64,000 nt of DNA, taken from an uncultured cyanobacterium. Lineage in GTDB: Bacteria > Cyanobacteriota > Cyanobacteriia > Pseudanabaenales > Pseudanabaenaceae. Each line of letters starts with the position of its first letter. Position 1 is the stretch's first letter. The position numbers were made by a program, and so were the translations under genes. Under the pieces are notes generated by a model. It saw only the letters and a list, made by a program, of their open reading frames with translations, was not told where the DNA came from and searched no databases. Shown here piece after piece: positions 59,151 to 64,000 of the stretch. The DNA lies in assembly GCA_963703315.1 (NCBI GenBank), contig OY969811.1, positions 1,056,001 through 1,120,000 of the forward strand, in the 5' to 3' direction.

Positions 59151-59765
59151 ATGGAATGGCATATTACAGATGCACAAAGCTTAGCAATAATCGATCAAGA
59201 AATTGGTGAACATTCGTTTTCACCATCTGAATATGAAATTGTGCGCCAAGTAATTTATGCAACTGCCGATTTTGAATATAAAAATCTTGTAAGGTTTTCG
59301 GAGCAGTCTTTGCAAGCAGGAGCCGCCGCCCTTGCCACTCGCGCCACGATTATTGTTGATGTACCTACCGTGCAAGCGGCGATCTTTCCTAAAATCTGTG
59401 ATACTTTTGCCAATCCAATTTATTGTGGTGTTGAAGCAATCACCCGTCCGCAAAAGGGTAAAACTCAAGCCGCATGGGGAATTGAGACTTTGGCAAAACG
59501 CTATCCTGAAGCAATATTTGTAATTGGTGAGTCTCAGACTGCTTTAGCAACTTTGGTTGATTTGATTGAGACCGAGGATGTGAAACCTGCGCTAGTGATT
59601 GGTACGCCTGCTGGTTTCATTGATACTGATGTGATCAAGTCACGGTTAAATGATTCGCTAATTCCCAATATCCGTGTGGATGGACGTAAGGGCAATGCGA
59701 TCGCGGCAGCCACAATATTTAACTCACTAGTCAGACTGGCATGGCAAGCCTACGGCAATAAGTAA
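59151..59765 (+). CDS. Precorrin-8X methylmutase (CobH/CbiC)-like protein
   Basis: VRQVIYATADFE, IIVDV, PALVIGTPAGF, GRKGN..AA. Confidence 0.8.
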   Translation: MEWHITDAQSLAIIDQEIGEHSFSPSEYEIVRQVIYATADFEYKNLVRFSEQSLQAGAAALATRATIIVDVPTVQAAIFPKICDTFANPIYCGVEAITRPQKGKTQAAWGIETLAKRYPEAIFVIGESQTALATLVDLIETEDVKPALVIGTPAGFIDTDVIKSRLNDSLIPNIRVDGRKGNAIAAATIFNSLVRLAWQAYGNK

Positions 59766-59804
59766 GTAAAGTTATGGGTGCGGAAGCACCCATAACTTTA
59801 CTTA
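59763..59804. terminator. Perfect palindrome whose tips are the two convergent stop codons
   Basis: taagtaaagttatgggtgc-ggaa-gcacccataactttactta. Confidence 0.72.
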
Positions 59805-60533
59805 AGACCAGATAATACCTGTTAAATTTGCTTCTTGCGTCATCATTCCATCGGTGACAGCATCTGCAAGTTTTGATTTGCTTAAGTTCGCTTTATAAAA
59901 ATTGACTCGTGTTAGATCTGAGCCTTGGAGATTAGCACTAGTCAAATCGGCTTCACTCAGATCGGCATCACAGAGACTAGCACCATACAAACTCGCAAAA
60001 GTTAGATCTACTTCCGATAGCATTGCTCTATTCAGACTTGCACCATTGAGACTAGTACGGCTGAGGTCGGCTCTTTGCAAAATTCCTTCATTTAGACTTG
60101 CTCCAAATAGTCCCGCATCTCTTAGCACTGCTTCACTAAGGTCAGCACGATTTAATTTAGTTTTCCCCATATTTGCACCATTGAGTTTAGCTCTAGGTAG
60201 TTTTGCCTTATTTAAAATAGCTTTATACAAATTTGCGCCATAAAGCTTGGCATCACTGAGATTTGCTTCACTCAGATCCGCGTCTCCTAAATCTGCCCCA
60301 CTAAAATTTGTACCGATGAGAGTAGCACGATAGAGCTTAGCGCAGTTCAGATCTGCACCGTTAAGCTTGGCATAGCTCAAATTAGCACCATAGAGGCTAG
60401 ATTCACTGAGGTTCGCTCCACTCAGATCAGCATGACTTAAATCAATTCCATTCATATCAGCTTTGCTAAGATTCATTCCTGTAAAATTACGGCGACCTGC
60501 ATAGTAACTATTAATTAATTCACTGACTTCCAT
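59802..60533 (-). CDS. Pentapeptide repeat protein
   Basis: YYAGRRNF followed by A(D/N)LxG/x repeats. Confidence 0.92.
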   Translation of the reverse strand: MEVSELINSYYAGRRNFTGMNLSKADMNGIDLSHADLSGANLSESSLYGANLSYAKLNGADLNCAKLYRATLIGTNFSGADLGDADLSEANLSDAKLYGANLYKAILNKAKLPRAKLNGANMGKTKLNRADLSEAVLRDAGLFGASLNEGILQRADLSRTSLNGASLNRAMLSEVDLTFASLYGASLCDADLSEADLTSANLQGSDLTRVNFYKANLSKSKLADAVTDGMMTQEANLTGIIWS

Positions 60534-60585
60534 TAGTTTTCAAGTAGATAAATTTAGTAAAGCAATAAAAAATGTAAGGCATTCT

Positions 60586-60813
60586 CTACTGCTCTTGCTC
60601 ATCCATTTCAACTTCCATTGCTTCTAAAATCTCTTGTTCTTGGACGACAAAATCTTCTTCACTAATATCACCTAAATCGAAGCGTAGTTGTAAAGTTGTC
60701 AGCCGTTTTTGGAGATTTTCCGTTTTTTCTAATTCTGTAGTTGCCCGTTCTTCGATTTGTTCTGCAATCCAGAGCAAACCGTCAAGAGGTGCTGTCAGTA
60801 GTTGCCATACCAT
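60586..60813 (-). CDS. gvpG: Gas vesicle protein GvpG
   Basis: LLTAPLDGLLWIAEQIEERA...ENLQKRL..LQLRFDLGDISEEDF. Confidence 0.85.
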   Translation of the reverse strand: MVWQLLTAPLDGLLWIAEQIEERATTELEKTENLQKRLTTLQLRFDLGDISEEDFVVQEQEILEAMEVEMDEQEQ

Positions 60814-60856
60814 AGGAAAATATACTCTCGATTGCGAAACTTAATTGTGAACTCTA

Positions 60857-60957
60857 TAGCGGTTTTCAAATGAGTACATACTCATTTGAAAACAAAAAAT
60901 CAATTCCAGTAACAGTTTTGAGTTTTCATTTTGCCGTAGGCAAAATGAAAACCGCTA
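60857..60957. mobile_element. TA-flanked MITE (TAGCGGTTTTCA ends)
   Basis: TA-TAGCGGTTTTCA ... TGAAAACCGCTA-TA with two internal hairpins. Confidence 0.8.
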
Positions 60958-61005
60958 TAGTATGCCGTACTTTTTAGGACATACTTGCTACGAAACCTAT
61001 AATCT

Positions 61006-62118
61006 ATGCTAAACCTTGCCTATCAATATGGGGTGCGTCCCCTACTATTTTCCCTCGATCCTGAAGCAGCGCATCATTTAGCGATCGCCTCTTGTCGTCA
61101 AGTTAGTAACTCATCCATACTCCAAGCGATCGCTAAGTCCACCTTCTACTATAGCGATTCGCGGCTATCACAAACCCTATGGAATCTAAAGTTTGAGAAT
61201 CCTGTGGGCTTAGCGGCAGGTTTTGATAAAAATGCCGAGGCGATCGGCGCATGGGAAAACTTTGGCTTTGGCTTTGCGGAAGTGGGGACAATTACCGCAA
61301 AGGGACAGTCAGGCAACCCACAACCAAGACTATTTCGCTTACCAAGCGATCGCGCCGTCTTAAATCGCATGGGCTTTAACAATCGAGGAGCCGCCGCCAC
61401 TGCCATTGATCTGCAAAATTATTTAGCCAATCATAAGCTCAGGATTCCTCTCGGTATTAATCTCGGTAAGTCTAAAGTTACGGAACTTGCTGATGCTAAA
61501 TTTGACTATGCCGAAAGTTTGCGATCGCTCTACGAGTTTGGCGATTATTTTGTAGTAAATGTCAGTTCACCGAATACGCCAAACTTACGCGATTTGCAAG
61601 CGACTGAGCAACTATGTGGGATTTTGGCAGAGCTACAACCGATTAATACCAGCAATAAACCAATTCTGGTAAAAATTGCTCCTGATCTCAATGATGCTGA
61701 CATTATCGAAGTCGTCAAGGCAAGTCAGGCTTATGGTGTTGCAGGAATCATCGCCACAAATACGACGATCTCTCGCCAAAATCTCATAACTACGCATCTA
61801 TCAATCACAGGTAAACCCGTTGCTGAGGAGGCTGGCGGCATCAGTGGTCAACCTGTGCGCGATCGCTCGTTGGCAGTGATTAACCTGATTTGGCGAACTA
61901 CGCAGGGCAGCTTACCGATTATTGGTGTGGGCGGTATTTTTACAGCAGAGGATGCTTGGCAAAAGATTTCGGCTGGTGCAGCGATCGTCCAAGTTTACAC
62001 GGGCTTAATTTATGAAGGACCGATGATGATCAAGCAAATCTTGCAAGGTTTAGTGGCTAAGCTTGATGCTCATGGTTTGGATAATATCCAACAAGCGATC
62101 GGTTTAGCGCATTGCTAA
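61006..62118 (+). CDS. pyrD: Quinone-dependent dihydroorotate dehydrogenase
   Basis: GLAAGFDKN, NRMGFNN, VNVSSPNTP, KIAPDL, GGISG. Confidence 0.96.
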   Translation: MLNLAYQYGVRPLLFSLDPEAAHHLAIASCRQVSNSSILQAIAKSTFYYSDSRLSQTLWNLKFENPVGLAAGFDKNAEAIGAWENFGFGFAEVGTITAKGQSGNPQPRLFRLPSDRAVLNRMGFNNRGAAATAIDLQNYLANHKLRIPLGINLGKSKVTELADAKFDYAESLRSLYEFGDYFVVNVSSPNTPNLRDLQATEQLCGILAELQPINTSNKPILVKIAPDLNDADIIEVVKASQAYGVAGIIATNTTISRQNLITTHLSITGKPVAEEAGGISGQPVRDRSLAVINLIWRTTQGSLPIIGVGGIFTAEDAWQKISAGAAIVQVYTGLIYEGPMMIKQILQGLVAKLDAHGLDNIQQAIGLAHC

Positions 62119-62153
62119 GCAAAAAGAGACGCTTTGCGTCTCTTTTTGCTTAG
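62115..62153. terminator. Perfect palindrome containing both convergent stop codons
   Basis: ctaagcaaaaagagacgc-ttt-gcgtctctttttgcttag. Confidence 0.72.
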
Positions 62154-62566
62154 TTTGAGCGTAATTGTTCTAGTTCAGAACGTAGACTTGCCAACTGCTG
62201 CGTGAGTTCTTCAATCTCATCGCGCATACTAGCTTTGACCTTTTGATCAGATTTTTCTGAAACATTATCGTCAACGGTTTTAGCAGTAGTCGTTACTGTA
62301 GTTAAACCTGCTGATTTTTCATCATCAGTAGACTTGCCGCTTACCTGTTGCGCGATAAAGCTATCTACATAGCTCCGAGCCTCTGCTTCTGTCGTCACGC
62401 CTTTTTCCGCAAGCGTTTGGGTAATTTCATCAAAACTCCGTCCTAACATTCTTAGGTTCTCTTCGCGTTTGATGGGGTCTTGGATTACCTCAATTAACGA
62501 TGATGTTGCACCTAATGTGACGTAGTAGCCTCTTTGCACAAGCTTTTCTAAGTCGATGGTATCCAT
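62150..62566 (-). CDS. Conserved cyanobacterial coiled-coil protein (phasin-like)
   Basis: VQRGYYVTLGATSSLIEVIQDP...AEKGVTTEAEARSYVD...ELTQQLASLRSELEQLR. Confidence 0.65.
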   Translation of the reverse strand: MDTIDLEKLVQRGYYVTLGATSSLIEVIQDPIKREENLRMLGRSFDEITQTLAEKGVTTEAEARSYVDSFIAQQVSGKSTDDEKSAGLTTVTTTAKTVDDNVSEKSDQKVKASMRDEIEELTQQLASLRSELEQLRSN

Positions 62567-62635
62567 GAAACTCCTGCAAATGTGTAGTTTTGTAATACAT
62601 TCTAACCGATCTCCTTAGAAGAGGATTATGCCAAA

Positions 62636-62746
62636 TAGGACTTATAGCAAAATGCCTTAAAATCTTCCTTTTATCGTAAATGCAATTCATGAATTGCGCG
62701 TATAGCTGGCGACAGCTATACGATGATTTCTTTTGCTTAAGTCCTA
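62636..62746. mobile_element. MITE-like element (TAGGACTTA ends) with an internal 20-bp family-A scar
   Basis: TAGGACTTA ... TAAGTCCTA; internal gcaattcatgaattgc and tatagctggcgacagctata. Confidence 0.6.
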
Positions 62747-62774
62747 AATATTTTTTAAGAGAAAGAGTCTTCTA

Positions 62775-62885
62775 TAGCTGTAGTCAGTTATGTTAGGACA
62801 AAACCAAAACCCAAAAGAGAGTTGCGGCGCTTCGCGCCGCAACTCTCTTTTGGGTTTTATGTCTTAACTTGCTTGGCTATGGCTA
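62775..62885. mobile_element. 111-bp IS630-derived MITE (family A)
   Basis: Same length as and highly similar to 21688-21798; TA flanks. Confidence 0.88.
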
Positions 62886-63112
62886 TATACAGTGATTTGG
62901 GCTGACTGGAAACCCAGAGAAATTTTTGAAAGTTGACTAAACCACACTTTCAAAAATTTCTCTGTACTACTTTAAGCTTCCACAGGCTGTATTCCCTACA
63001 AAGGAAACCAAATAAAATTTTTTAAGTCTTTGCTTAGCAAAGACTTAAAAATCTGAAACTTGCGTAGATATGTAAAAATAGTGTCGTGTGGGCATCAATG
63101 GAGTGAAAAATT

Positions 63113-64000
63113 GTGGGACAGGCTCAATTACCGCCGCAGAGACCGAATAACTCTACATTGGCGAAAAATCTAGGGCGTATCGGTGTGGGACTAGCGATCG
63201 CACTGACAGCAACGAGCTTAGGCGCTTTTTGGTATGGGCGTTATTTTCTCAATGAGCAGTTGTCGCCGCTATTGCAAACCGAGTTAAGTAAATCCCTTAA
63301 GCGCCCCTTGCAGTTAGGTAAAGTCGAGCGCGTTGGCTTTTCGAGTATTAGGTTTAGTAAGTCGATCATACCGCCAACCGATAAGGAGGCAAATTTCTTA
63401 GCAGTAGAGGCAATCGAAGTTAAGGTCGATCCTTGGAGCTATCTCACCCGTCGCCAAATTGGTTTAGATGCGATCGTTGAGCAGCCGCAAATATTTCTAA
63501 AGCAGGACGTTACAGGTTTACTGCAATTACCCAAAATTACTCCGCCCGAACCGCAAACCAAAGATGGCTTTGTCGATCTGCGGACAATTACTTTTACTGA
63601 CGCACAGATCACGATCCAGACGATCGCTAAAGGTGAGTTAGTTTCCCTTAGTCAAGTACAGATCGATAGCAATTGGCAAATCGCCGATCTCAATAATCAA
63701 AGCCTAAAAATGAATGGCAAAGGTCGCGTGACTCTGCCCAATCTAGCGGCGATCGCTGTGCCTCCCAATCCTGAACAATTAAAAAAGGCGATTGAGACTG
63801 CCATTGCCGATAAGGATGGTAACAAAGGGAATATGTCCTTTGTGATCGATTGGGATTTGACGAGAGGACAGGGCAAAATTGATGTCCAGTCTCAAGATTT
63901 GCAAATTGCCGCAGTCCAAGGCTTTGCCCTTAATTCGCCTTTGGAAATTCAACAGGGTAAACTTGATGCCGAGGCAAGCATTACTGTAAGCGCAGACAAA
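63113..64000 (+). CDS. TamB/AsmA-like (translocation and assembly module) protein, 3' end outside window
   Basis: GTG 63113 with GGAG upstream; N-terminal TM helix, then LSPLLQTELSKSLKRPLQLGKVERVGFSSIRF...IPPT; frame appears open to the window end. Confidence 0.7.
   Translation, partial: MGQAQLPPQRPNNSTLAKNLGRIGVGLAIALTATSLGAFWYGRYFLNEQLSPLLQTELSKSLKRPLQLGKVERVGFSSIRFSKSIIPPTDKEANFLAVEAIEVKVDPWSYLTRRQIGLDAIVEQPQIFLKQDVTGLLQLPKITPPEPQTKDGFVDLRTITFTDAQITIQTIAKGELVSLSQVQIDSNWQIADLNNQSLKMNGKGRVTLPNLAAIAVPPNPEQLKKAIETAIADKDGNKGNMSFVIDWDLTRGQGKIDVQSQDLQIAAVQGFALNSPLEIQQGKLDAEASITVSADK

Noticed and set aside
1..64000. tRNA, rRNA or prophage genes
   Set aside because: No cloverleaf/T-loop signatures, rRNA motifs or phage structural genes recognised by eye; tRNAscan-SE or Infernal would be needed to exclude them formally.

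Overview
Window of a cyanobacterial chromosome. The HIP1 octamer GCGATCGC is abundant and ndhL, gvpG and a phycobiliprotein-like gene are present; a Pseudanabaena-like source is my inference. The backbone is housekeeping genes: purB, ndhL, rpsJ, rsgA, dnaJ, era, rimM, rnc, nadB, tkt, mnmE, pyrD, two ABC-F ATPases and a TamB-like gene. Accessory regions: (1) a co-directional minus-strand defence/toxin-antitoxin island at about 1.9-10.7 kb built around an NB-ARC-TPR NLR. The NLR N-terminus carries two short motifs. One matches the C-terminus of a small helical Bell-like protein upstream, and the other matches an unannotated ~50-codon peptide upstream. This is a candidate two-channel amyloid-signalling (BASS-type) cell-death system, interrupted by an IS630. 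(2) A nuclease-less type IIG R-M gene with an apparently swapped specificity region, followed by a TA pair flanked by a 38-bp direct repeat that starts at HIP1; the toxin is split by a MITE. (3) An apparently catalytically dead type IIG-like gene attached to the ndhL operon. (4) An AT-rich DUF262 + HEPN pair. (5) A V4R/phycobiliprotein-like/ferredoxin cluster. (6) A LOV hybrid kinase followed by a REC-GGDEF gene. Intergenic DNA is dense in IS630-derived MITEs and triloop palindromes, and one GC-rich palindromic element sits in frame inside mnmE. Features missed by the ORF track include a 48-aa AtpTheta-like gene, a RelE pseudogene and a candidate structured RNA. No rRNA, tRNA or CRISPR array was seen. 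All family calls come from motif recognition by eye; no database search was run.
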